Source: an uncultured virus (IMG/VR IMGVR_UViG_3300033146_000958)
Taxonomy: Duplodnaviria; Heunggongvirae; Uroviricota; Caudoviricetes
Length of the DNA: 64,000 bases
Virus record (IMG/VR): IMGVR_UViG_3300033146_000958
Reading direction: 5' to 3' (one strand)
Shown: positions 30,501-39,468 of the stretch, piece by piece
Layout of the letters: the number at the start of each line of letters is the position of its first letter
How positions within the stretch are numbered: the stretch's first letter is position 1
Made by a program: the position numbers and the translations under genes
The notes under the pieces: generated by a model
Seen by the model: only the letters and a program-made list of their open reading frames with translations
Told to the model about the DNA's origin: nothing
Database searches by the model: none

Positions 30501-30577
30501 GATATATATACTTCAGATGATGTAACTTCTTTATAAGACTTAGTAAATCTATCCATATCCATTAATTTAATAGTCAT
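27548..30577 (-). CDS. rpoC: multisubunit RNA polymerase beta' subunit, unsplit
   Basis: GLFSEEIFG, LGKRVDFSARAVI, RDPALH, GADFDGDQM catalytic loop, TADTGYLSRQL bridge helix, GERGTQMIMKSFHTGG trigger loop. Confidence 0.96.
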   Translation of the reverse strand: MTIKLMDMDRFTKSYKEVTSSEVYISKGPQGGTFHPNGLFSEEIFGNIETRDRKTKFGFITLNTKVIHPSLISILKRIERKLLNAINRDKKYKIDIEGYLVEDEHGDIFGMSAVVENINKIKFRGGTESRENLVSMLDHYKKSNQLLCDIFPVIPPAYRDIIPGDDSGENIDPLNDYYKVILRLSTQLRASQQGLVFDILSANMQHAINELYLFVSKKISKKEGLIRHDILGKRVDFSARAVIAGGGTELEKDEIGVPLRVLVKLFEPFILFELLNSGNIPKEELAAHLLDYNQMELSVNTLRSLLEGISRADEITPGLQELIELGVNRAIADKIVIAKRDPALHTESALAFRPKLVKGNTIRLNTLYCGAFGADFDGDQMALYTPLTKESIEEAKERMVTIESKDGMNKIAIDFSKDIVAGVYCLTSNPSKKITSFKSVKFEQDILEMEPFTGVVYKGIKTTAGRVIFNNILPDNFPFINEPVNKKILDKKILDLLYKKYSNDVFGTVGNNIQNLGFKWYTLFAPTFSINDLEIPQSIYKLKEKLNGATTEEAQKILDKMESMLVDYLNSSGSSLGVLNSAGATKGMGQIRQILVAKGLIADIEGNVMAPISNSYADGTTAKEFFDMSPGNRKGIVDRVINTADTGYLSRQLVYALQSVELQTKKNDCGTKRFLEITATPDISKRLIGRKILTQKGTLRYFNPETDTGKLVKLRSPMYCQSTKLCLTCYGDLALRNKSLYVGITAATILGERGTQMIMKSFHTGGAVGADTIDIISQITKVLPTDIASGFENIFKQVDNSIVSKMDGDIIINTNDYTDVKNDVIIQKDKINLLYGFFTINIDGKEYDITLDYECEIDISHGYEQNNNMIYIPFKAGNKFIVCKPTSDDMAKQSKLIQAILSGRKTWKNEVHYFQKIYDQFQNLTDCDLVHFEVLCSNLLRDLSNPRVAARLNPKKYQPMVGNIKNIPSLESWLSSLAFENFNKSIETALVYPRNKEESVLEKMVTGNL

Positions 30578-30586
30578 GAAAACTCC

Positions 30587-31261
30587 TTATACGTTATTTT
30601 TAAATCCTCTTCTAATTATCCACTCATCTGCAAGTGAGCATATTAAATATATCATAATAGCAAGATAATAAATCTGAACTCCATATAAACCAAGTAAAAT
30701 TATTTTATTAGAAGTCGTAAATAATGTAGTGAAGAGTATAAATAATACAGGAAGCCATGCAAAATTTCGTTCTTCTTTAAGTGGTGCATTTCTTTTCATA
30801 AATTCTTTAAACGATTGTTTGAAATTTTCAAATACTTGTTTTATGGGGATATTATTTCTTGATGAATTATATAATATAACTATAGTGCATATTATTGCAA
30901 GATAATATAAAATAGTTGGTGAGATAGTATACATTAGATATGATAAATTACCAGCCATTAAAATTTTAATTATATAACCATATGTTTTATAAAATAATGA
31001 TGATGTTTCAGATAAACTTATATCATATTTAAATTTTTTAGTAAAAATATTATTAAGTTTTTTTAAGAATATGTCTGATGTTCTTGAATTTTTAATATCA
31101 ATATCTAATAATCCATGCAAAGATGGAAACATCTTTTTTATTAAAGATTGAATCTTTTGTGTTTTTTTAGTTAACTTTAATAAATCTTTTTCATTTTTTA
31201 TACTTGATATATTAGGCTTTAACATATTAATTAAATTAAGTTGACTTTTTAAATTATCCAT
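30587..31261 (-). CDS. multi-pass membrane protein
   Basis: About four hydrophobic segments; TAATG-coupled to the upstream gene. Confidence 0.65.
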   Translation of the reverse strand: MDNLKSQLNLINMLKPNISSIKNEKDLLKLTKKTQKIQSLIKKMFPSLHGLLDIDIKNSRTSDIFLKKLNNIFTKKFKYDISLSETSSLFYKTYGYIIKILMAGNLSYLMYTISPTILYYLAIICTIVILYNSSRNNIPIKQVFENFKQSFKEFMKRNAPLKEERNFAWLPVLFILFTTLFTTSNKIILLGLYGVQIYYLAIMIYLICSLADEWIIRRGFKNNV

Positions 31262-32070
31262 TATACTATATTACTCCTATTATACTCCGTGTTCGATGTA
31301 GTCTTCGTAGAAGAAGTATATTGTCCTTGATTTATTTTTTGATTTTTTGATGATATATTTTTCTTTACCATTTGTATTTGTAATCTTTTTCTTAATTGAA
31401 TGGCTTTACCTTGTTCAATGTTCATCTGTTCTTTAAAATCCGCAATTTTTCTTAATAATGAGGATTGACATCTTTCCGGATATAATGTCTGAGGACATTT
31501 ATTTAATTCAGTTTGAATATCGGCAATTAAATTTTTATATTCATTAATTTTAGAATCACTTAAACATATATTACTTTTAATAGGTGCAAATAAATCATTT
31601 TTAAATTTTGCCGCACATTGTTTTTTATTTTTATCTAATACTCTACTTAATTTAGTTTTTATTACTTTACTTAAAAGTGAATATCCCCAACTAATACCCA
31701 TTGATGCTAACATTGATACCGCTAATGTACCAACTGCACCACCAGGAACAGCCATTCCACCAATAGCTGATAGTTTTTGTAATCCACCATGTGTAAGACC
31801 ACCACCTAAAAGTGCTAAACCAAAATTCATAAAGGGAGAGATAGTACGTTCTACTTCTCTAATTTTAGCATCTGTTCCTACATCTTCATGAATGATATTT
31901 GGTGATATTTTTTTTGAAATCATCAATAATATATTTTCATATGTTGCCTCGTTGATCACAAAATCAATCAACTCATTATTATTTTTTTGGATAGATGTTG
32001 AAATAAATTCTAATAAAGTAAGTCTACAAAATATATCAACAAATGTCTTTTCTTCAAGTGATAATATCAT
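31261..32070 (-). CDS. TYEQLL-family paralog 1 (unknown function)
   Basis: FVINEATYENIL, Gly-rich hydrophobic segment, C...C and CPQTLYPERC. Confidence 0.7.
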   Translation of the reverse strand: MILSLEEKTFVDIFCRLTLLEFISTSIQKNNNELIDFVINEATYENILLMISKKISPNIIHEDVGTDAKIREVERTISPFMNFGLALLGGGLTHGGLQKLSAIGGMAVPGGAVGTLAVSMLASMGISWGYSLLSKVIKTKLSRVLDKNKKQCAAKFKNDLFAPIKSNICLSDSKINEYKNLIADIQTELNKCPQTLYPERCQSSLLRKIADFKEQMNIEQGKAIQLRKRLQIQMVKKNISSKNQKINQGQYTSSTKTTSNTEYNRSNIV

Positions 32071-32100
32071 ATTTAAATACTCCGTTTTAATTGCAAATCC

Positions 32101-32116
32101 CTTTTAATTTTGTTCT
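32101..32116 (-). promoter_or_regulatory. putative late-class phage promoter AGAACAAAATTAAAAG
   Basis: 31 bp upstream of the operon that leads into rpoC. Confidence 0.7.
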
Positions 32117-32173
32117 TATTTTCTATTTTAACTATTACATAATAAAAGATTTGATATTGAATGGAAAAATAAG

Positions 32174-32187
32174 CTATATACATTAAT
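32174..32187 (+). promoter_or_regulatory. putative early-class promoter CTATATACATTAAT
   Basis: Motif shared with 18289 and 61990. Confidence 0.45.
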
Positions 32188-32233
32188 ATCCCATAGGAGG
32201 TATATAACCTAATTATTTATTAAAGGAGATGAT

Positions 32234-33631
32234 ATGATTACAATAACAGAAGTTTCAAAACGAAAATATGAAATTCATAGAGATGATGTATTATTAATAG
32301 AAATGGAGTTAGTATTTTCACCAGTATCAAATAAATTTCATAAAATTGTAGATTTTATTCAAGATGCTAGTAAACAACTCGGAGATGAATTTGATGATTT
32401 TTTTGAAAAATATGTTGTTGATTATAAAGAATCTAAATTTGATGCATCTGTCTTATTAAAATCAATTCCAAAAATGAAAAAATTATGTGATAAATATTTA
32501 GAAAAATTAAATATAAATTTTAATAATTATGTAAACATAGAAAAGAAAAGTAAAAATTCTATATTCTTTGATGCTGAAGAATTAGAGAAGATGATTAAAG
32601 CATCTACTTATTTAAAATTCTATTTTGTTATTTGTCAAGATTTAAATATGAAACCACCTATTAAATTCCATAAACAAATATATAATGATTTATTATCTGA
32701 TCTATCTAATTGTGAGATAATATATAAATTATTTAAATTAGTATCAAGTAAAACATATAGATATAATATTTCAGATAAAGCCATGTGGGATTTTCTTAAA
32801 TTAGTCCATTGTAAAACTACTGATATGCATGTTAATACAATATTTAATTTTTTAATGAATAATATTTTAGTGACATGTAATGCAGATTCAAACCCTATTC
32901 CATATTTTAGTTCTGTTATAGATGAATCAATAAGATGGATTCTTAATGGTGTATATAAAGATAGTGTAGTATATAGTGATACAATTAATACTGAAGATAT
33001 TCATACTATTAGTGGAAAAGATAATTTATTAAGTTATTGTTATAATGATACTATTGGTAAATTAGTAGCAGATGCGTCTAATTATTTAGAAGAATTAGGA
33101 ATTACAGATATTAGTAATTTTAATAGTATTGTATCACAATTAAAAGAACCATCTCTTCTATCTAATTATATAGTATTTCCTATTTTAAGTAAAGTTTTTA
33201 ATATCCCTTATAGATATTTCAGACCAATTCCTACTGAACATGCATATATGTTAAACTTATTAACATTACATTATTTACCAGATACGTTAAAAAATGAATT
33301 ACAAACTCTTATAAAACTATTATTATACTATAATGAAGAAAAACCAATTCTCAAAACAACTTATAAAATAAAAAATTATAGTGAGTATTTTTCCACATAT
33401 AAAGAATTTCTTGGTTTCAAAAATTTAATATTTGCATATGATTTTTATAGTGAGTTAATTGGAAAACTAGCCAGAAATAAATATATTGGTTTTATTACTG
33501 GTAAACAAATTATGAATTTTCCATTAGCTAAATTAGAACAAAATATGATTAAGTTTTATAATATGTATTTTAGTGGAGATTTAGATGAATCATTTAGTCA
33601 AATGAGAGAACAAATGGAAAAACATATGTAG
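32234..33631 (+). CDS. 465-aa helical protein, candidate sigma-like RNAP specificity subunit
   Basis: AAGGAG RBS; SNPIPYFSSVIDESIRWIL resembles sigma region 2.3-2.4; divergent from the rpoC operon. Confidence reflects function; the ORF itself is solid. Confidence 0.45.
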   Translation: MITITEVSKRKYEIHRDDVLLIEMELVFSPVSNKFHKIVDFIQDASKQLGDEFDDFFEKYVVDYKESKFDASVLLKSIPKMKKLCDKYLEKLNINFNNYVNIEKKSKNSIFFDAEELEKMIKASTYLKFYFVICQDLNMKPPIKFHKQIYNDLLSDLSNCEIIYKLFKLVSSKTYRYNISDKAMWDFLKLVHCKTTDMHVNTIFNFLMNNILVTCNADSNPIPYFSSVIDESIRWILNGVYKDSVVYSDTINTEDIHTISGKDNLLSYCYNDTIGKLVADASNYLEELGITDISNFNSIVSQLKEPSLLSNYIVFPILSKVFNIPYRYFRPIPTEHAYMLNLLTLHYLPDTLKNELQTLIKLLLYYNEEKPILKTTYKIKNYSEYFSTYKEFLGFKNLIFAYDFYSELIGKLARNKYIGFITGKQIMNFPLAKLEQNMIKFYNMYFSGDLDESFSQMREQMEKHM

Positions 33632-33657
33632 TTAAATAATTCTAAAGGAGATAGAAA

Positions 33658-33930
33658 ATGGAAATAATCAACAGAGAAATTAGAATGGTACAAAATTTAA
33701 TCGATAATAAATCTGAAACTGGTGTAGATATTAATAATGTTATAAATATGTTCAAACATCAATATATTAGAATTGAATTACATAATGATATTGCAGGTAT
33801 AGGAAATTATGTATGTGCTCGAGTAATTGGATGGTGTGAAATAAATCATAAACTAAATATTAAATTAGATCGATATAATTTTAACATATTATTTAATAAT
33901 ATTCGCAGAATACAAATTTTAGAAAATTAA
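33658..33930 (+). CDS. hypothetical protein
   Basis: 90-aa ORF with AAGGAG RBS. Confidence 0.7.
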   Translation: MEIINREIRMVQNLIDNKSETGVDINNVINMFKHQYIRIELHNDIAGIGNYVCARVIGWCEINHKLNIKLDRYNFNILFNNIRRIQILEN

Positions 33931-34823
33931 GATCCATTACATACTAATCCGCTAACATTACTATTTGCACTTTCTAATGAATTTGATCCATTTGTAATAC
34001 TTGCGGCAACATCTTCTGATAATCCTTCAAGAGAATCAACTACACTATCTGAAGTTAAATTAAAATCATCATCCAATGGAAGACTATTAATATTACTTTC
34101 TAATTGCGCAGAATATGCAAAATTATTAGATTGATTACAACCCATATTTAAATGAGCATTTATTGCTGGTATCAATCGTTTGATAAGAGATTGTATATCA
34201 GGAATCATATTTAATAAATCATTAATTGCAGTAATAAGACTTAACTGTGGTGTCCCACTTCCCATATTACTTAGCATATCACCTAAACAACTCATAACTG
34301 AATCAATACTGGAACACATATATGATTGAGGGATTGAATCAAAACCATTGACTGTTTCTTCAAATCCACTTAATCCTAATTTAGGCATATCAAACGCTGG
34401 AGTATCTGGAAGATACTCATTTGCTAAACTATTAATCCCTAATTGCATAAGTTTAGAAGGATCTTGATATATTTCATTATCTAATAATGTACTTTTAAAT
34501 TCAAGAGTATATGCATCTAATGTAGCGTCGGTTCCTGATTCAGACATAAAATCGGGAATCATATCGTTTATTTGAGTTTCATAATCACTCATAATTTGTT
34601 CTACTTCACTAGTAGGAGACCAACTAGTAACAGAATCAGCCTGTTGTTGTAAATCAGTCATTTGATTTAATATAGTATTACTATTCAAATTTAAATTTAA
34701 TAGGTCATTTGATATAGAATCTTCTAATGATTTACACATGGCACATTTCATAATTGTAGATGTTCCTCCAGGTAATCCAAAGTCTCCTTCTGGTGGAGGT
34801 GGGGGTCCAACAAAATCAGCCAT
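33927..34823 (-). CDS. acidic hypothetical protein, end of baseplate operon
   Basis: AAGGAG RBS; poly-Pro N-terminus, CAMC. Confidence 0.7.
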   Translation of the reverse strand: MADFVGPPPPPEGDFGLPGGTSTIMKCAMCKSLEDSISNDLLNLNLNSNTILNQMTDLQQQADSVTSWSPTSEVEQIMSDYETQINDMIPDFMSESGTDATLDAYTLEFKSTLLDNEIYQDPSKLMQLGINSLANEYLPDTPAFDMPKLGLSGFEETVNGFDSIPQSYMCSSIDSVMSCLGDMLSNMGSGTPQLSLITAINDLLNMIPDIQSLIKRLIPAINAHLNMGCNQSNNFAYSAQLESNINSLPLDDDFNLTSDSVVDSLEGLSEDVAASITNGSNSLESANSNVSGLVCNGS

Positions 34824-34835
34824 AATATATCTCCT

Positions 34836-35357
34836 TTATCCAGTTATTAACATAGATTTAACATGATTCATCAAAATATTTTTATCAAAAAATGTTCCAG
34901 GACATACAACACTTTGATCAGTTGATATTTCTGAATGTAATACAATTCTATCTTTTGGAAATTTGAATTGTCTTATCAATGGAGAAATAATACTATATAC
35001 TATTTTTTGATATAATCGTTTTGCAGGGATATCAAAATTATAATTACCCATTACGCATATATGAATTGAATGATTATATGGATTTTTAATATCATCATAT
35101 TCACAATATGTAGCAAATGGTCTTCCTAAAATAACTTCATAATCTTCACCAATTTTTTCAACTATATAATGATAATTTAAATCTGGTTGCATATCAATTA
35201 TATATTGTTGATTTCTTAATATATTAGTTTGAAATTTTGGTGAATCCAATCTAAGTTTATCTATTTGTGTATTCATACAACTTACATCATGAATTACTAT
35301 ATATCTAGGAAATTTTTTGAATGGATCAAATTGCCTTATTTTAAATGGTATTTTCAT
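34836..35357 (-). CDS. N-acetylmuramoyl-L-alanine amidase (Amidase_2, T7 lysozyme/PGRP-like)
   Basis: YIVIH, YHYIV, SIHICVMGNY, VLHSE, CPG. Confidence 0.85.
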   Translation of the reverse strand: MKIPFKIRQFDPFKKFPRYIVIHDVSCMNTQIDKLRLDSPKFQTNILRNQQYIIDMQPDLNYHYIVEKIGEDYEVILGRPFATYCEYDDIKNPYNHSIHICVMGNYNFDIPAKRLYQKIVYSIISPLIRQFKFPKDRIVLHSEISTDQSVVCPGTFFDKNILMNHVKSMLITG

Positions 35358-35369
35358 CTAATGAACTCC

Positions 35370-35870
35370 TTACGAAACATTTATACTATATGGAGATGAT
35401 GAATCTAAATAATCTGTCCATGTTATAACATCTCCCGCAAAACTTTGATCTGCAACTACATTTTTTAACATCTTAGGACATAATGGATCTTCTGTATCTA
35501 TTAAAAAATCTTTATTATAAATATATCCATTTCCATCAATATCTTCCCCTCCTGAATCTTCTACTATTAAGGATGTAGCAGTTGCACCAGGTTTCTTTAA
35601 TGGCGCACCTTTAGTTAATGGAGTAATCGGCGCCATATGTGGTTTATTATGTCTATGATGGTCATGTGTATGATTTACCATATCCAATATTTCTTGAAGA
35701 ATCCCACCATCAATAATTTTACATATGTTATTTGTTGAATCCCACGCTTTACATTTATTTTCCATACATGGAATCGGAACTACATTATCTGTCCAATCAC
35801 CTGCTGCAGGATCTGCACCATCAATGATATGACTCATATAAGGACAAAGATTATTTGGTAGTATAGCCAT
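35370..35870 (-). CDS. Cys/His-rich hypothetical protein, probably baseplate-associated
   Basis: CP...PCMENKCKAW...C and HTHDHHRH; follows the PAAR gene. Confidence 0.55.
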   Translation of the reverse strand: MAILPNNLCPYMSHIIDGADPAAGDWTDNVVPIPCMENKCKAWDSTNNICKIIDGGILQEILDMVNHTHDHHRHNKPHMAPITPLTKGAPLKKPGATATSLIVEDSGGEDIDGNGYIYNKDFLIDTEDPLCPKMLKNVVADQSFAGDVITWTDYLDSSSPYSINVS

Positions 35871-35888
35871 TAATTTATTCCTTTAAGT

Positions 35889-36644
35889 TTAAGGAGTTGG
35901 ATCTTCAATTCCTGTTCCTTTAAATATAATTCTTTGGATTTCTTGATCAGGAACTGAATTTATTTCTATATACATTAATTTTGGACCTATTGTTTTTGGT
36001 ATGAAATTTACTGTAAATGTTTTTATTTCACCAGGCATAATAGTAATTGGCCAACATACATTTTTAAATATAAAATCAGGATATTCATCAGCTGATTTAC
36101 CATTAACTGGATCACATCCGATATTTTTTTGTTGTGGATTTATCGGACCATATTTTGCAAATTGAATTATTAATACAGGACCTCCTACATTAGTAATTAC
36201 TACTGGAATATCAATTTGTTCTAATGCCCCTGAAATCGCTGATGTCATTCCTTCAAAAGATATTTTTGTTGGTTCACTATTATCAATTATTCTAGTTCCG
36301 AAATCTATTGATAAAGGAAAAACTTGTATTTTTGGTTTAACTATATCAACTGGTTCACTACAACAATCCCATACTGGGTCATGTGTATCAACAAAATCAC
36401 CACAATCTATCGGATCACCAACTAATTGTATATATTTTTCATTTGCAAATACTGGACATTTTTCTCCTATATATACTCCACTATGACAATCACTTCCACA
36501 ACAATGTTCAACTGTAGTATCACCATTTCTTACAACTGGAATCCCACCGAATGCAAAAACATCTGGTGAATATGTTGCCGGAATTGTAGGTGGAAAACAT
36601 CCGTGTCCACTAGTAACATCATCTTTTCTATGAACTTTAGGCAT
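35889..36644 (-). CDS. PAAR spike-tip protein with C-terminal Ig-like extension
   Basis: PKVHRKDD...GHGCFPP...PVVRNGD...HCC...CH...VGDPIDCG; C-terminal SIDFG...VITNVG...FTVNFIP...FKGTG. Confidence 0.85.
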   Translation of the reverse strand: MPKVHRKDDVTSGHGCFPPTIPATYSPDVFAFGGIPVVRNGDTTVEHCCGSDCHSGVYIGEKCPVFANEKYIQLVGDPIDCGDFVDTHDPVWDCCSEPVDIVKPKIQVFPLSIDFGTRIIDNSEPTKISFEGMTSAISGALEQIDIPVVITNVGGPVLIIQFAKYGPINPQQKNIGCDPVNGKSADEYPDFIFKNVCWPITIMPGEIKTFTVNFIPKTIGPKLMYIEINSVPDQEIQRIIFKGTGIEDPTP

Positions 36645-37750
36645 TATTCGTCTCTATCTCCTAATGGTAATACTGGTCCAATTCCTGGTGTAGGTCCAGG
36701 AGGAGTGGATATTTTACTACCAGGCATTACGATATTAGGAACTGCGGGTATTGCGGGAGGTTGAATAGCGGCTTTAGCCTTATTAGAATTAATATTTGTA
36801 GCAGCTGAATCTAAATTATAATCTTTTCCAGTTATTATATTTCTATCCATTGCAACAAATTCATTATCATTCTTTCCAATAGTTCTATTATAATCATCAC
36901 CTGTAGCCAGAAATTTTTTATTTCCAACTAATTCATGATCTTGAACACCTATAGTTCTATGATAATTCATCGCTACAGTTTCATGTTTATTCATTCCTGT
37001 AGTTTCAGTTCTGTTCATTCCTGTATTTAAAGTATAATTCTTAGCTACATTTATATGTAAATTACCGTCAGTTTGAATTCTAATATCGTTTTTAAAATAA
37101 CATTGTAACATTTGTTGATTAACATCAATATGAATATAATCTCCCATATGTGTTCTTAATAATATTTTTTCTTTTCCTACTCTCTCATCTAATAAAATAA
37201 CAGTTTGATTTCCATCTATTTTATAAACAGATGACCCATCCCCATCAGGAGGACCTGCAATAGTTCTCTTCTTACCGGTAATTTCTACTCTCTCATCATC
37301 TTTATCATCAGAAAAAATAATTACTCTTCCTTCACGTGTTTTAATAGGTATCCATTTTTTCCAATATTCACTTCCTTGCTGACATTCATCAGGAACAGAT
37401 GGTGATGTATCCCCTCCTTTTGTAGTAGCCTGATCTAATGCAGCCATATATCGCGGTTCTGATGGATCTCCATTTTCAAAAAATATATATAACCAACTAC
37501 CTGATGGTGGAATCATACAAGAACCTTGATAATGATGATCATCGCCATCTTCTTTATCATTTCTACCACCTAAAGGATTATTAGCAGGTCTTGCCCATAT
37601 TCCTTTAGTTTCATCTATTTCAGGCATCACGTCAGGAATCCATACTTTTATTCTTCCTTGTTTATTAGGATCCTTGGTATCTATACATTTACCTCTATAA
37701 ATTCCAGACCAATGAAAACGTCTATCTTCATTTAATTCTCGTGTATTCAT
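36644..37750 (-). CDS. baseplate central spike (T4 gp5/VgrG-like)
   Basis: GIYRGKC..TKDP..QGRIKVWIP, WA.P, FENGDP..P OB-fold; C-terminal 8-residue beta-helix repeats. Confidence 0.9.
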   Translation of the reverse strand: MNTRELNEDRRFHWSGIYRGKCIDTKDPNKQGRIKVWIPDVMPEIDETKGIWARPANNPLGGRNDKEDGDDHHYQGSCMIPPSGSWLYIFFENGDPSEPRYMAALDQATTKGGDTSPSVPDECQQGSEYWKKWIPIKTREGRVIIFSDDKDDERVEITGKKRTIAGPPDGDGSSVYKIDGNQTVILLDERVGKEKILLRTHMGDYIHIDVNQQMLQCYFKNDIRIQTDGNLHINVAKNYTLNTGMNRTETTGMNKHETVAMNYHRTIGVQDHELVGNKKFLATGDDYNRTIGKNDNEFVAMDRNIITGKDYNLDSAATNINSNKAKAAIQPPAIPAVPNIVMPGSKISTPPGPTPGIGPVLPLGDRDE

Positions 37751-37760
37751 AATCTATTTA

Positions 37761-38639
37761 TTATATAAAAGTAGTGATTATTTTAAGAATTCGTTCATAT
37801 AATTTCGGTTGAAATTTTTCTAAATATGGTGGAAACAAACCACCAGTAGGCATACTTGATGCACCTATAGTAGCCATAAATCTCATTTCATCTTCAAAAA
37901 ATGGTAACATTAATAATCCATATCTATTGATAATAAAATCTGCAAAATTCATTACTACCATACCAGGAAATACATTAGAATCTGATAACAATTTAATATA
38001 TTCTCTGACATTAGATAAATCATATGAATCTAGATCAACACTAAAATCCTTTTTTGATGCACCTGATTTAGAAGATTTTAAATATGTATTCTTTTGATGT
38101 TCACCATAAAATGAAGTTAATACATATGACGTAGTGAGAAATTGAAGTTTAGGTAATGAATCTTCATATGAAGCTAATATTCCATATCTTTTACCGAACA
38201 TCTTTACCATTACATTAGATAAAAATGTAGATACTTCTGGATATGTATTGAGTTTTAATGGACGTATAGTAAATAATTTACATAAGTATGCATAAAATAT
38301 ACTAGCATATAAACTACGTGATTCTATATTAGTTACTTCTTTTCTTCCGAACGGTTGCATATTTACGATTGGTCTTCCAGTTTTTATATTATATGTAGCT
38401 ACTAGACTATATCGAGTAAATCTAACAAAATCAATATCTTCAAATCCTATATTAACTTTTTTAGTCATTAAATCAGAAGAGAAATGATTCATTCTATTTA
38501 ATAAAAGTTTTATTATTTGAATTATATTAGTCTTATCATATTCATCTATACTAACAGTATCAATAGTTGATTGTGGAAAAGATACATTATTTTGTAGATT
38601 ATTTAATAATGATAAATTTGATTTTGGTATTTTAAACAT
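37761..38639 (-). CDS. hypothetical protein
   Basis: 292-aa ORF in the structural operon. Confidence 0.7.
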   Translation of the reverse strand: MFKIPKSNLSLLNNLQNNVSFPQSTIDTVSIDEYDKTNIIQIIKLLLNRMNHFSSDLMTKKVNIGFEDIDFVRFTRYSLVATYNIKTGRPIVNMQPFGRKEVTNIESRSLYASIFYAYLCKLFTIRPLKLNTYPEVSTFLSNVMVKMFGKRYGILASYEDSLPKLQFLTTSYVLTSFYGEHQKNTYLKSSKSGASKKDFSVDLDSYDLSNVREYIKLLSDSNVFPGMVVMNFADFIINRYGLLMLPFFEDEMRFMATIGASSMPTGGLFPPYLEKFQPKLYERILKIITTFI

Positions 38640-38666
38640 ATATACTTTCTTAAAATATTTTATAGA

Positions 38667-39458
38667 TTATGGTATATTCAATGGAAATCGCATTTTAGCA
38701 TATGTAATTTCAACTACCATTCCTTCTTTTAATGTTCCTAATAATCCAGGACCATCTCCACAATCACTATCCTTCCATGATATTCTTCTTATTTTATGAT
38801 CAGTAGGATTTTCAATAACTACATAATCAATATTATATATATGATTTCCTGCATGTTCTGTTTTAAATACAATCGTTTCAATTACAGGAACAAACGCTAA
38901 ATCTAAATATCCATTAGATTCTTGCCCTGCAGTTATTGTAAATTTCTGTCTTGCGAAAAATAAACTACTTCTCACGTCTTCTTCTCCTTCATCATTAGTA
39001 TCATCAACATCAAGATTTGGTTTTACTTTACTTGAATATAAATTTAATATTGATATCGGTACTGAATCTTTCACTTTTGATAAATCTTGGATGTCAGTAG
39101 TTACTTTATCTTTAGTTAATCTTAATATAGATGAATATGATGGAATTAAAATTTCATATTTATTAAAATTTTCTATACATGAAATATCATTTATATATAA
39201 TAATAGATACCATAACGATGTACTACCATATTCTTCATATGAAAGATAATCAGGTCTATAATAATATTTAGTTTCTAAAACTTTCTTAATTGATTCTTTT
39301 AATAAATAAAATCTATTTTTTTCAAATATTTCTAAATAGGGAGACGAAAAAATAATAGACAATGTTTTATCTTTATCTTTATATTTTCTTCTAAATTTAT
39401 CTTCATCTATTAATAAATTAGAAAAACGTCTTGCTTCGATATCTATTGTAGTAGCCAT
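38667..39458 (-). CDS. baseplate wedge protein (gp53/LysM-like)
   Basis: YRPDYLSYEEYGSTSLWYLLLYIN...ILIP. Confidence 0.75.
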   Translation of the reverse strand: MATTIDIEARRFSNLLIDEDKFRRKYKDKDKTLSIIFSSPYLEIFEKNRFYLLKESIKKVLETKYYYRPDYLSYEEYGSTSLWYLLLYINDISCIENFNKYEILIPSYSSILRLTKDKVTTDIQDLSKVKDSVPISILNLYSSKVKPNLDVDDTNDEGEEDVRSSLFFARQKFTITAGQESNGYLDLAFVPVIETIVFKTEHAGNHIYNIDYVVIENPTDHKIRRISWKDSDCGDGPGLLGTLKEGMVVEITYAKMRFPLNIP

Positions 39459-39468
39459 TATTTATTCC

